A program made the translations under genes and the position numbers. From positions 8,941 through 72,940 of the forward strand of contig WHST01000013.1 in the NCBI GenBank assembly GCA_009379955.1: 64,000 bases of DNA. The letters run 5' to 3'. This document shows, piece by piece, positions 1 through 9,251 of the stretch. This stretch comes from Streptosporangiales bacterium (GTDB lineage Bacteria; Actinomycetota; Actinomycetes; Streptosporangiales; WHST01). The notes below the pieces were generated by a model. The model was not told the DNA's origin and did no database searches. It saw only the letters and a list, made by a program, of their open reading frames with translations. Within the stretch, counting starts at the first letter, position 1. Each line of letters begins with the position of its first letter.

Positions 1-1245
1 CGGCGTGAGTCCGGCCGCCTTCCAGCCGATCGCGCCGCCGGTGTCGGCGTAGATCTGGTTCTCCGGCGGCGCGCCCCACCGGTTCATCGCCGCGACGAAC
101 CCGTCCCAGCTCGTGGCGCTCAAGGAGTCCATGCTGCCGAGGTACGGCGCCATGCCCTGCTCGAGCCATGCGGCGCGGACGGCGAACGCGGTGCCGCGGT
201 CGGCGTCCGCGTGGATCACCGGACCGTGCCTGGTGAACACGAGCTCGACGTCCACGGGCGCGGCGTCTCTGATCGGGACGCTCTCGCGGACGACGCGCAT
301 CGGCTCCCAGCGGCCGTCGTACCGGTACGCCCGCGAGTCGTCGGGACAGGTCTCGTAGACGTAGAGGTCCTCCTGGTCGATCGGGTGGATCGTCACGCCG
401 AACGCCGCGTGCCCGTTGTGGCCGATGGAGATGCCGGGAAGGGCGGGTTCACCACCGCCGATGACGTCGAGGCCGGGTGCCGACAGGTGGGCCAGGTAGC
501 GCAGCGACGGCAGCGACACCGCGCGGTGCGGGTCGTTCGCGAGCATCGGACGTCCCGTCGCGGTGCGCGCGGCCGACAGCACCCAGCTGTTGCTGCCCTC
601 GGGCGACTCGGCGGGGAACATCGGCGGCAGCGTGGCGAGGTCGTACACGCGGAGCACGTCGCCGGGGATGGCGTCGAGGTCGAGCCCTTCGGGGACGACG
701 AGGTCGCCCGCGGGCTCCCAGTGGCGACACAGCTCCTCCACCTCGGGACCGAAGTCACGGAGCACCAGCGCCCGCGCCACCTCGTGCCGCAGGTTGCGGA
801 ACAGGCCGTGGCTGCGGATGCGTGCGACGTCCTCGGGTGACCAGAGCGCCGGCTCGTACGCGAGGTCGCGGAACTCGGGCGGCAGCAGCGCCGGGTCGTC
901 GCGGGTCAGCCGGACGTAGGCGTTGACGCCGGCGACGAAGGCGGTGCACACGCGCTTGGTGTCGGACCCGTACGCGAGCCACTCGCCGTGCATGTCGCCG
1001 CGGTAGAGGAACAGCCGCGCCGCCCTGTCGTGCTCGACGTACGCCGCGCCGAACGCATCGGCGAGCAGACCGAGGCCGCGCCGGCGCCAGAAGTCGAGCT
1101 GCCACAGTCGGTCGCGGGCAGCGTTGAAGCCCTGCACGAGGAACGCGTCGTACCGCGACGACGCGTAGACGTGCGGGACACCCCAGCGGTCGACGAGGAT
1201 CTCGGCGGGACCGGTCAGGCCGGGGACCTCGTACGACTCAGCCAT
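1..1245 (-). CDS. penicillin acylase / Ntn-hydrolase family protein (N-terminal 415 codons; C-terminus runs off window start)
   Basis: The minus frame is open from the window edge to the ATG at 1243-1245. It is absent from the ORF track because it has no stop in the window. My translation gives MAESYEVPGLTGPAEILVDRWGVPHVYASSRYDAF... and an internal ...PAESPEGSNSWV... at 583-600. GSNSW is the autoprocessing Ser-nucleophile motif of penicillin/AHL acylases. Confidence 0.75.
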   Translation of the reverse strand, partial: MAESYEVPGLTGPAEILVDRWGVPHVYASSRYDAFLVQGFNAARDRLWQLDFWRRRGLGLLADAFGAAYVEHDRAARLFLYRGDMHGEWLAYGSDTKRVCTAFVAGVNAYVRLTRDDPALLPPEFRDLAYEPALWSPEDVARIRSHGLFRNLRHEVARALVLRDFGPEVEELCRHWEPAGDLVVPEGLDLDAIPGDVLRVYDLATLPPMFPAESPEGSNSWVLSAARTATGRPMLANDPHRAVSLPSLRYLAHLSAPGLDVIGGGEPALPGISIGHNGHAAFGVTIHPIDQEDLYVYETCPDDSRAYRYDGRWEPMRVVRESVPIRDAAPVDVELVFTRHGPVIHADADRGTAFAVRAAWLEQGMAPYLGSMDSLSATSWDGFVAAMNRWGAPPENQIYADTGGAIGWKAAGLTP

Positions 1246-1261
1246 CGGGGATGCCGCGACG

Positions 1262-2428
1262 TCAGGCCGCACGCAGGGAGAGCGTGAGCGCCTCGACGGC
1301 GAGGAGCGGGTTGACGTTGAGGTCGATGCGTTCGCGACACAGCACGATCGCCTCGAGGCGGCGGAGGGTGGCCGCCTGGGTGGACGACTCGGCGACGGTG
1401 CGCAGGTCGTCGTGGATCTCCTCGTTGCACAGCTCGACCCGCGCGCCGACCTGCAGGATCAGGACGTCGCGGTAGAACGACGCGAGGTCGAGGAGCGCGC
1501 GGTCGAGGCTGTCGCGCTTGACGCGGGTGGCGCGCGACTTCTGATGGCGCTCGAGATCGTTCAGTGCGCCCTTGGTGCCGCGGGGCATCGCCCGGCCCTC
1601 GGTGCCCTCCCCCAGGGCGCGGCGCAGCGCCGCGGTCTCGGGGGCGTCGAGCTCGCCGGAGGTCGTCGAGGCGTCGACCTGCGCGTCGTCGACGAGCCCG
1701 GCCGCGGCCGCGAAGCTGCTGCCGATGCCCTGCACCCGCAGCGGTACGCCGAGCACGGCGGACCGGCGGGAGCGGGAGCGCTCGTCGGTCGCGAGCCGGC
1801 GGGCGCGTCCGACGTGCCCCTGCGCGGCGCGGGCGGCGAACGCGGCCATCTCGGGCTCGACGCCGTCCCTGCGGGTGAGCACCTCGGCGACGGCCTCGGT
1901 GGGCGGGGTGCGCAGGGTCACCAGGCGGCACCTCGACCGGATCGTCACGACGAGGTCGTCGGGAGCCGGGGTGCAGAGCAGCCAGACCGTGCGCCTGGGG
2001 GGTTCCTCGATGGCCTTGAGCAGCGCGTTGGCCGCCTGCTCGGTCATGCGGTCGGCGTCCTCGAACAGGACGATCTGCCAGCGGCGCCCGGACGGCGACA
2101 TCGCGGCGCGGTGAACGAGCTGGCGCGCCTCGGCCACCGAGAACGACAGGCCCTCCGGCCGGACGACCTGGACGTCGGCGTGGGTGCCGGTGAGCACCGT
2201 GTGGCAGGAGTCGCACTCGCCGCAGCCCGACCACTCGCACTGCAGCGCCGCGGCGAACGCCCGCGCGGCCGTCGACCTGCCGGACCCCGGCGGGCCGGTG
2301 AACAGCCAGGCGTGCGTCATGCCGCGCCCGTCGGCGCCACCGAGCACCTCCACCGCTGCCGTCGCGGTGGCCCGGAGCTCGGCGACGGCGGACTCCTGAC
2401 CCACGAGGTCGTCGAACACGCTGCCCAC
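1262..2428 (-). CDS. holB: DNA polymerase III subunit delta-prime
   Basis: 388-aa ORF with Walker A GPPGSGRST, a Cys cluster CEWSGCGECDSC and the SRC motif TIRSRC, all typical of the clamp-loader delta-prime subunit. Confidence 0.9.
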   Translation of the reverse strand: MGSVFDDLVGQESAVAELRATATAAVEVLGGADGRGMTHAWLFTGPPGSGRSTAARAFAAALQCEWSGCGECDSCHTVLTGTHADVQVVRPEGLSFSVAEARQLVHRAAMSPSGRRWQIVLFEDADRMTEQAANALLKAIEEPPRRTVWLLCTPAPDDLVVTIRSRCRLVTLRTPPTEAVAEVLTRRDGVEPEMAAFAARAAQGHVGRARRLATDERSRSRRSAVLGVPLRVQGIGSSFAAAAGLVDDAQVDASTTSGELDAPETAALRRALGEGTEGRAMPRGTKGALNDLERHQKSRATRVKRDSLDRALLDLASFYRDVLILQVGARVELCNEEIHDDLRTVAESSTQAATLRRLEAIVLCRERIDLNVNPLLAVEALTLSLRAA

Positions 2429-2476
2429 GGCGTCAGCGTAACCGGCGCCGCCGTCACCCCCGCGATGTGTCGGGGC

Positions 2477-3349
2477 TCAGCCCTTGATGCCGGTCTGGGC
2501 GACGCCCTGGACGAGCCAGCGCTGCAGGAACGCGAAGACCAGGACGAGCGGCAGGATCGACACGGCGGCCGCGAGGCAGAGCTGGCTGATGTTGATCGTC
2601 TGCGCGGTGAGGAACGTCGACAGCACGACCTGCACCGTCCAGGACGACTCCTCCTGGCCGATGACCAGCGGCCAGAGGAAGGCGTTCCAGCTGCCGATGA
2701 ACGTGATCACCGCGATGGCCGCCACGAAGTTCAGTGAGTTGGGGATGACGATCCGCCAGAACGCCCCCCAGTAGCCGAGGCCGTCGACGCGGGCCGACTC
2801 CTCGAGCTCCCTGGGGAAGCTGAGGAAGTACTGCCGGAAGAGGAACGTCGCGAACGCGCTGAACAGCCCCGGCACGATGAGGCCGCGCAGCGAGCTCACC
2901 CAGCCGAGCGACGACACCAGCACGAACGTCGGCACGAACGTCACCGCGCTCGGGATCATCAGCGTCGCGAGCACCATGTAGAAGATCTTGTTTGCGTGCC
3001 GGAATGGTATCCGCGCGAGGCCGTACCCCGCCAGCGCGGCGAAGAACAGCTGGCCGACCGTCTGGACGACGCCGATGATCGCGGAGTTCTTCAACCCCGT
3101 GAGCAACGGGATCTCGCCACCGAACAACGCGGTGACGTTCTCCCAGTGCAGGTCGGTCGGGAAGAGCTGCCACTCGGGCGCGGTGATGTCGCGGTCGGTC
3201 GACAGGCCGTTGCGGACGATCAGGTAGAAGGGGACGAGGAACAGCACGAGGGCGACCACGAGCGCCGAGTACCTCGCCACCCCCGCGGCGACCGCGCCCG
3301 AGCGCGACCGTCCGGTCACTCCGCCGGTCTCCGCCGTCATCGCGCCCAC
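2477..3349 (-). CDS. carbohydrate ABC transporter permease (MalG-like)
   Basis: 290-aa multi-TM ORF with EAA loop EESARVDGLGYWGAFWRIVIP. Last gene of an SBP-permease-permease operon. Confidence 0.9.
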   Translation of the reverse strand: MGAMTAETGGVTGRSRSGAVAAGVARYSALVVALVLFLVPFYLIVRNGLSTDRDITAPEWQLFPTDLHWENVTALFGGEIPLLTGLKNSAIIGVVQTVGQLFFAALAGYGLARIPFRHANKIFYMVLATLMIPSAVTFVPTFVLVSSLGWVSSLRGLIVPGLFSAFATFLFRQYFLSFPRELEESARVDGLGYWGAFWRIVIPNSLNFVAAIAVITFIGSWNAFLWPLVIGQEESSWTVQVVLSTFLTAQTINISQLCLAAAVSILPLVLVFAFLQRWLVQGVAQTGIKG

Positions 3350-3350
3350 C

Positions 3351-4313
3351 TCACCGTTCCGCGTCCGGGGTGCGCCCGAGCCCGAGCACCCTGCCCTGGA
3401 GCAGGCTGATCAGCACGATCAGCAGCCCGAGCATCAGCGCGCCGGCACTGCCGTGGCCGAAGTCCTGCACGTCGCCGAGCGCGGTGTAGTACAGGTAGAC
3501 CAGCGGCGGCCGCGCGAACGGCACGTTGCCGAGCAGGTTGTAGAACTCGTCGAACGCCTGGTACGCCGCGATCAGGTTCAGCAGCAGCACCGCCACCGAC
3601 GTCGTTCGGATCTGCGGCAGCGTGATGTTCCAGAACGTCTGCCAGCCGGGCTTCGCGCCGTCGACGTACGCCGCCTCGTACAGCTCGCGCGGGATGCGCT
3701 GCAGCGCGGCGAGGAACAGGATCATGTAGAAGCCCGACTGCAGCCACAGCCGCGCGGTGAGGATCGGCAGCCAGTACAGCGGCGGGTCGACGGTGGCGAG
3801 CCACGCGACGGGCTCCTGGCCGAACCAGCCGAGCACGGTGTTCGCGAGCCCGAACCGCACCCCGTTGAAGATCGAGAGCTTCCACACCAGGCACGCGACG
3901 ACGTACGAGCACGCCGTCGGCAGGAAGAACACCGACCGGAAGAACCCGCGCAGGAACCGGGCCCGGTGGAGCAGCAGCGCGAGCGCGAGCGACAGCGCGA
4001 ACGTGCCCGGCACGATGAACAGCGCGAACAGGCTGAACGTGACGAGCGACGAGATGAAGTTGCCGTTCGTCAGCATGTCGACGTAGTTGCGCACGCCGAC
4101 GAACTCGGTCGGGGTCACGGTGTTCTGCGCCTCGAAGAAGCTCAGGACCGCGCTCCACACCAGCGGCACGTAGGTGAAGACGAGCAGCCCGATCAGGAAC
4201 GGCCCGACGAAGATCCAGAACCACAGGGTGTTGCCGCGGATGCCCTTGCCGCGCACCCGCGACGGCGCGGGCGGAGGGGTGACAGGCTGTGGCTTGGCGG
4301 CGATCTGACTCAT
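3351..4313 (-). CDS. carbohydrate ABC transporter permease (MalF-like)
   Basis: 320-aa multi-TM ORF with EAA loop YEAAYVDGAKPGWQTFWNITLP. Only a 1-nt gap to the next permease. Confidence 0.9.
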   Translation of the reverse strand: MSQIAAKPQPVTPPPAPSRVRGKGIRGNTLWFWIFVGPFLIGLLVFTYVPLVWSAVLSFFEAQNTVTPTEFVGVRNYVDMLTNGNFISSLVTFSLFALFIVPGTFALSLALALLLHRARFLRGFFRSVFFLPTACSYVVACLVWKLSIFNGVRFGLANTVLGWFGQEPVAWLATVDPPLYWLPILTARLWLQSGFYMILFLAALQRIPRELYEAAYVDGAKPGWQTFWNITLPQIRTTSVAVLLLNLIAAYQAFDEFYNLLGNVPFARPPLVYLYYTALGDVQDFGHGSAGALMLGLLIVLISLLQGRVLGLGRTPDAER

Positions 4314-4323
4314 GACGCCGCCG

Positions 4324-5583
4324 TCAGCCCGCGAGTTCCTTACGCACCTTGGCGGCCACCTTCGTCATCTCGGTCTGCGGCTTCGTGCCCTTGCGGACGA
4401 TCCTGTTGACCGCGTCGTTGAAGGCGGTACGCATGGTCGGGGTCCACGCGGGGAAGTCGGCGATGCCCCGCTCGGAGTTGAGCCGCACGGCCTCGGCCGC
4501 GGGCCCGCTCTGCAGCTTCTCGGCCTTCTCGGCGAGGCTCTTGCGCGGCGGGATATGGAACCCGTAGCTGAGGCACCAGTCCTCCTGGAAGTCGGTCTTG
4601 TCGACCCACAGCCACTTGAGGTACGCCTTGGCCGCGTCGACGTCCTTGGCCTTGGCGGAGACGAACGCCGTCCAGCCGCCCGAGTAGACGCTGGCCTTTC
4701 CCTCATCGTCCAGTGCCGGGAACGGGAGCACGCCGAAGTCGTCGCCGAACGCCTTCTGCACCGCCGGCATCGCCCACAGGCCGAGCCACTGCATCGCCAC
4801 GAGCTCCTGGGTGAACGCGGACGGGTCGGTCCAGTCGGTGGGGTTGCCGACCAGCAGGCTCTTGTCGACGTACATCTGCCGCAACGCCGACAGCGCCTTC
4901 GCCGTGCGCGCGTTGGCGAGGTCGGGCTCCGGCCGGTCTCCCTCGGTCAGCAGGTCGTGCCCGGCCGCCACCAGAGCCACCTGGCCGAGTGGCAACCCTG
5001 GGTCATTGCCGGCGAACAGGCCCTTGCGCTTGTCCCTGGTCAGGGCCTTCGCCGCGGCGACGAGCTTGTCGACGGTGTCCGGCGGCTCGATGCCCGCCTT
5101 GCTCAGCAGGCTCTTGCGGTAGTAGATCAGCTGCGGGTCGTCGATCATCCTGATGCCGTACAGCTTGCCCTCGTACGTGTTCGTCGCCAGGTCGATCTCG
5201 TTGAAGTCGTCCTTGACGTCCGCGACGACGTCGTCGAGTGCGACGACCTGCTTCGCCTTCGCCAGGCTCTGGTTGAACTGGTACTCGAAGACGTCGGGAC
5301 CGTCGCTCGACAGCAGGCCGGACGACAGCTTCTTGGCATAGTCGCCCGGCACCCACTGCACCGAGACGCTCGCGTCCTTGTACGCCTTCGCGTAGCGCTT
5401 CGCCGCCTGCTGCGTGCCCGCCTCGCCGTACTGGTGGTACCACTGCGAGAGGCCGGTGGTGTCCTCCTGGGGCCGCCCGGTGTTGCTGCCACAGGCCGCG
5501 AGCGCGCCGAGCGCCGCGAGCCCACCCGCTCCACGGAGGACGTCACGTCGGCTGGGGCCGGGGAGGGAGTGCTGCGCCGTCAT
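4324..5583 (-). CDS. sugar ABC transporter extracellular solute-binding lipoprotein
   Basis: 419-aa ORF with Tat/lipobox leader SRRDVLRGAGGLAALGALAACGS and a family-1 solute-binding layout. Confidence 0.9.
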   Translation of the reverse strand: MTAQHSLPGPSRRDVLRGAGGLAALGALAACGSNTGRPQEDTTGLSQWYHQYGEAGTQQAAKRYAKAYKDASVSVQWVPGDYAKKLSSGLLSSDGPDVFEYQFNQSLAKAKQVVALDDVVADVKDDFNEIDLATNTYEGKLYGIRMIDDPQLIYYRKSLLSKAGIEPPDTVDKLVAAAKALTRDKRKGLFAGNDPGLPLGQVALVAAGHDLLTEGDRPEPDLANARTAKALSALRQMYVDKSLLVGNPTDWTDPSAFTQELVAMQWLGLWAMPAVQKAFGDDFGVLPFPALDDEGKASVYSGGWTAFVSAKAKDVDAAKAYLKWLWVDKTDFQEDWCLSYGFHIPPRKSLAEKAEKLQSGPAAEAVRLNSERGIADFPAWTPTMRTAFNDAVNRIVRKGTKPQTEMTKVAAKVRKELAG

Positions 5584-5605
5584 CGGATGCCTCCAGGGGT
5601 TGGTC

Positions 5606-5619
5606 GTACAACGTTGTAC
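5606..5619. promoter_or_regulatory. perfect 14-bp palindrome GTACAACGTTGTAC, candidate LacI/GalR-type operator upstream of the sugar SBP gene
   Basis: Read directly from the sequence. It lies 23-36 nt upstream of the start codon at 5583 and has the central AACGTT core typical of LacI-family operators. Confidence 0.4.
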
Positions 5620-5665
5620 AGACCCATGGGAGATTTCTAGGCAACGCGAACGGTCAAGTCAAGGG

Positions 5666-6466
5666 CTACGACGCCTCGGGCCGCACCAACCACGGGGTCA
5701 GGCGTGCCTCCACGCGCTTCAGCAGCGTGTAGAGGGCGAAGCCGACGGCCATCAGCAGGACGACGGGGACCAGCGACTCCGCCATGTCGAAGCGCCGGGA
5801 GAACCGCAGGATCAACGACCCGAGACCGGTGACGGCCGTCGAGAACTCCGCGACCACGACCGCGATGAGCGCCCGGCCGACGGCGAGCCGCAGGCCCGTG
5901 ACGATGTACGGGAGCGCGCCGGGGATGAGGACGTCGCGCCACGCCTGCAGCTCGGTCGAGCAGTACGACCTGGCGAGCTCGTCGAGGTCGCGCGGGACGC
6001 TGCGCACGCCGGTGGCGGCGTTGAGCGCCACCGGGAAGAACGCGAACATCGCGACGATGACCACCTTGGCCTGCAGGCCGAAGCCCAGGGCCACGATGAG
6101 CACCGGGATCACCGCGACGAGCGGGGTCGCGTAGAGCGCGGAGATGTACGGGTCGAGGACGACATCGACGGAACGGAACCGGCCGACCAGGATGCCGACG
6201 AGCAGGCCCACCGCCGTGCCGCAGCCGATGCCGAGGACGAAGACGAGCATGCTCGACGACGCCGCGGACAGCAGCTCACCGCGCGCGACGAGGTCGACCG
6301 CGGCGACCGCGACCTCGGCGGGCCCGACGATCAGCGGGCTCTCGGAGAACCACGAGAAGACCTGCCAGACGACCGGGATGAGCAACAGCCCTGCCCACCA
6401 CAGCAGGCGTCGCTGGGTCGCGCTCTCGGCGCGGCGGCGCGGTCGTACCGCGACCTGCTGCGTCAT
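5666..6466 (-). CDS. ABC transporter permease (NitT/TauT nitrate/sulfonate/taurine type)
   Basis: 266-aa, roughly 6-TM ORF with a BPD_transp_1-type layout. Its ATG overlaps the stop of the upstream mini-ORF (ATGA). Confidence 0.85.
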   Translation of the reverse strand: MTQQVAVRPRRRAESATQRRLLWWAGLLLIPVVWQVFSWFSESPLIVGPAEVAVAAVDLVARGELLSAASSSMLVFVLGIGCGTAVGLLVGILVGRFRSVDVVLDPYISALYATPLVAVIPVLIVALGFGLQAKVVIVAMFAFFPVALNAATGVRSVPRDLDELARSYCSTELQAWRDVLIPGALPYIVTGLRLAVGRALIAVVVAEFSTAVTGLGSLILRFSRRFDMAESLVPVVLLMAVGFALYTLLKRVEARLTPWLVRPEAS

Positions 6467-6576
6467 GAGCCGCCCTCCAAAGTGAGCATCGCAGCGAGGA
6501 CGGAGCCCGCACGCCCGATGCTGAGCGCGCCTGAGCGAGGAGCGGAGCGGAGGAGGGCGGCGGGAGGCACAGTCAT
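6463..6576 (-). repeat. MIRU-like 114-nt intergenic mini-ORF repeat, copy 1
   Basis: The ATG at 6576 overlaps the TGA of the upstream permease (ATGA). The TGA at 6463-6465 overlaps the ATG of the downstream permease (ATGA). It encodes MTVPPAALLRSAPRSGALSIGRAGSVLAAMLTLEGGS, about 24/37 identical to the copy at 44152-44265. Terminal inverted repeats are GCCGCCCTCC (6469-6478) and GGAGGGCGGC (6552-6561). Confidence 0.6.
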
Positions 6577-7340
6577 GGTCCCGCCTGCCAGGGCGAGAGC
6601 CGGCGCTGGAACCACTTGAGGAGGCCCGCGACCGCGATCCCGGTGACGGCGAGCACCACCACAGGCCCGAGCGCGGCGGCGATGTCGAACTGGTTGGAGT
6701 ACTTGATGATCAGGTAGCCGAAGCCGCTGGCGCCCGCGTAGAAGTCGGCGAGCACGGCGCCGACGAGCGCGTGGACGAGACCGAGCCGGAGTCCGGTCAT
6801 GACCGCGGGCAGCGCGCCGGGGACGATGACGTCGCGCCAGACCGTCCACTCCCTGGCGCAGTACGACCGCGCGAGCTCGAAGAGGTCGGCGTCGACCGTG
6901 CGGACGCCCACCGTGGTGTTGATGAGCACGGGCAGCACCGTGAACAGGAAGACGATGATGACCTTCGCCGTGGTGTTGAAGCCGACGATCACCAGGATGA
7001 ACGGGATCAGTGCGACGAGCGGCGTGGTGTACAGGATGTTGACCGGCGCCTCGGTCAGCCAGTAGAGGCGACGGAACCTTCCGACGAGCAACCCCATCGG
7101 CACGCCCACGAGCACGCCGAACCCCGCGCCGATGCCGAGGATGTGGGCCGTCGGCTTCAGGAAGGCGAGGAACTCGCCCGCGCGTACCGACTCGGCGATG
7201 CCGGCGCCGATCTTGTCCGGCGTCGCGAGGAACAGCCTGCTCGTCGTGTTCGCGAGGACGTACCACGCGACGAGGAGCAGGGCGGCGAAGCAGATCCGCA
7301 GGGTCCACAGCCGGCGCCTCGACATGCGCCGGTCAGTCAC
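6573..7340 (-). CDS. ABC transporter permease (NitT/TauT type)
   Basis: 255-aa multi-TM ORF, paralogous to 5666-6466. It overlaps the ATPase gene by 8 nt. Confidence 0.85.
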   Translation of the reverse strand: MTDRRMSRRRLWTLRICFAALLLVAWYVLANTTSRLFLATPDKIGAGIAESVRAGEFLAFLKPTAHILGIGAGFGVLVGVPMGLLVGRFRRLYWLTEAPVNILYTTPLVALIPFILVIVGFNTTAKVIIVFLFTVLPVLINTTVGVRTVDADLFELARSYCAREWTVWRDVIVPGALPAVMTGLRLGLVHALVGAVLADFYAGASGFGYLIIKYSNQFDIAAALGPVVVLAVTGIAVAGLLKWFQRRLSPWQAGP

Positions 7341-8118
7341 CCGAGATCCCCCCGGCCGCGTGCTCGGGAGCGGGCTCCTGGCGCAGCAGCGACCACATCC
7401 GCGCCCTCAGCTCGGTGAACCTCGGGTCGAGCCTGATCCGCGGAGCGTCGCGCGGGCGCTCGAACGGGATGGCGATGTCGTCGACGATCCGGCCGGGCCC
7501 CGCCTGCATCACGATGACCCGGTCGGACAGCACGATCGCCTCGTCGATGGCGTGCGTGACGAACAGGACGGTCTTGCGGTCGGTGTGCCAGATGCGCAGC
7601 AGCTCCTCCTGCATCTGCTCGCGCGTCTGCGCGTCGAGCGCGCCGAACGGCTCGTCCATCAGCAGCAGCGCGGGGTCGATGGCAAGGGCCCTGGCCAGAC
7701 CCACGCGCTGCTGCATGCCACCGGAGAGCTGGTACGGATACTTCTTCTCCCAGCCCTCGAGGCCGACCATCGCGATGTAGCGCCCGACCTGCTCGCGCGC
7801 GGCCTTCCTGCCGCCACCGCGCAGCCGCACGCCGTACGCGACGTTGTCCTCGACGGTGCGCCACGGCAGCAGCCGGAAGTTCTGGAACACCACGGCCATG
7901 TTCGGGCGCGGACCCGTCACCTCCTCGTCGCTGACCCGCAACGAGCCCGCAGTGGGGTCTTCGAGCCCGGCGACCAGGCGCAGCAGCGTGGTCTTGCCGC
8001 AACCGCTCGGGCCGAGGATCGACACGAACTCGTCGTCGGCGACGTCGAGGTGCAGGTCGTCGAAGACCCGCAGGGCCCCGAAGTGCTTCGCGAGCCCGTC
8101 GATCGCCACACTCGCCAC
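7333..8118 (-). CDS. ABC transporter ATP-binding protein (NitT/TauT type)
   Basis: Walker A GPSGCGKTT, signature LSGGMQQRV, Walker B LLLMDEPF. Confidence 0.9.
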   Translation of the reverse strand: MASVAIDGLAKHFGALRVFDDLHLDVADDEFVSILGPSGCGKTTLLRLVAGLEDPTAGSLRVSDEEVTGPRPNMAVVFQNFRLLPWRTVEDNVAYGVRLRGGGRKAAREQVGRYIAMVGLEGWEKKYPYQLSGGMQQRVGLARALAIDPALLLMDEPFGALDAQTREQMQEELLRIWHTDRKTVLFVTHAIDEAIVLSDRVIVMQAGPGRIVDDIAIPFERPRDAPRIRLDPRFTELRARMWSLLRQEPAPEHAAGGISGD

Positions 8119-8131
8119 TGTTCGCGGCTCC

Positions 8132-9187
8132 TCAGCTCTGCTGGTCGACGAGCTTCTTCGCGTCGTCGAAGATGGTGCCGTCGACGAGGTCGTCGTACGA
8201 CGGCTTCTCGCCTTCGTCGAGCGTGCCCAGCTCCACCTGCTGGTCGGCGGTGTAGTCGACCATCTTCCGCGGGTACCCGTTGTCGGTCGGCCACATCTCG
8301 TCCTCGATGAACGTGTCGTACGTGGTCGAGAGGATCTTGCGGTCGAGCTCGGTGACCTCGACCGCCGTGTCGAGCACCTTCGCCTTGTTGGCCGTGTCGC
8401 GCATGAACGCGTTGGCCTTGATGTTGGCCGCGGTGAACGCGACCATCTCGTCGCGCTTGTCGTCGAGGATCTTCTGCGGCGCGGCGTAGCCGGCGTAGTG
8501 CCAGTCGGGGTCGGTGTCCCACAGGTTGACGAGCGGCCGGAGCTTCGCCTTGGGGAACTGCTGCATGACGCCCTTGGCCTCGTCGATGTGCAGGATTCCC
8601 GACACGGCCTGCCCCTGCGCCATCGCCTGCCCCTCGGCGCCGGGGAAGTTGCCGTACTTGAGGTCGGACTGCCTCAGCCCGCAGGAGCTGTAGTACTTCC
8701 TGGTCAGCACCTCGGCGAACCCGCCGACCTCGTCGACGCCGACGACCTTGCCGCGCAGATCCGCGCACTTCTTGATGTCGGGCGAGACGACGAGCTGCGC
8801 GTCGAGCTTCGGCGAGTAGGTGTAGAAGCCCTTCGCCGTGCCACCCTTCGCCACCGCGTTGATGAGCGTGGGCGTCGGCACGGCGGCGATGTCGGCCGAG
8901 CCGGCCTCGGCGCCGCGCAAGGCCGTGACACCGGTGTCGAGGCTGACGATCTCGACGTCGAGGCCGAAGTCCTCGTAGAAGCCCTGCTCCTGCGCGACCC
9001 ACACCATCACGTGCACGAAGTTCGGCGGGATGACGGGCATGCTCACCTTGATCGGCTCGAGCTCACCGCCGCCGTCGTCGCCACCCCCCGAGCACGCCGA
9101 GACGAGGGCGAGCAGCCCGGCCGCCACCAGGGCCACCCCTCGGTGCCGCCGCCACCACGTCCTGCCGGATCCGTCGCCTGCGTCCAT
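8132..9187 (-). CDS. ABC transporter substrate-binding lipoprotein (NMT1/THI5-SsuA-like)
   Basis: 351-aa ORF with lipobox LLALVSACSGG. First gene of the SBP-ATPase-permease-permease operon. Confidence 0.85.
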   Translation of the reverse strand: MDAGDGSGRTWWRRHRGVALVAAGLLALVSACSGGGDDGGGELEPIKVSMPVIPPNFVHVMVWVAQEQGFYEDFGLDVEIVSLDTGVTALRGAEAGSADIAAVPTPTLINAVAKGGTAKGFYTYSPKLDAQLVVSPDIKKCADLRGKVVGVDEVGGFAEVLTRKYYSSCGLRQSDLKYGNFPGAEGQAMAQGQAVSGILHIDEAKGVMQQFPKAKLRPLVNLWDTDPDWHYAGYAAPQKILDDKRDEMVAFTAANIKANAFMRDTANKAKVLDTAVEVTELDRKILSTTYDTFIEDEMWPTDNGYPRKMVDYTADQQVELGTLDEGEKPSYDDLVDGTIFDDAKKLVDQQS

Positions 9188-9200
9188 CGGATGCCTCTTT

Positions 9201-9212
9201 GCAATCGATTGC
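9201..9212. promoter_or_regulatory. perfect palindrome GCAATCGATTGC, candidate LacI-type operator
   Basis: Lies 14 nt upstream of the SBP start codon, next to the RBS AAGAGG. Related sites are at 10331-10344 and 18686-18697. Confidence 0.4.
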
Positions 9213-9251
9213 TATGTGACGGTAGTCGACGCCGCCGGAGACCGTCAAGTG

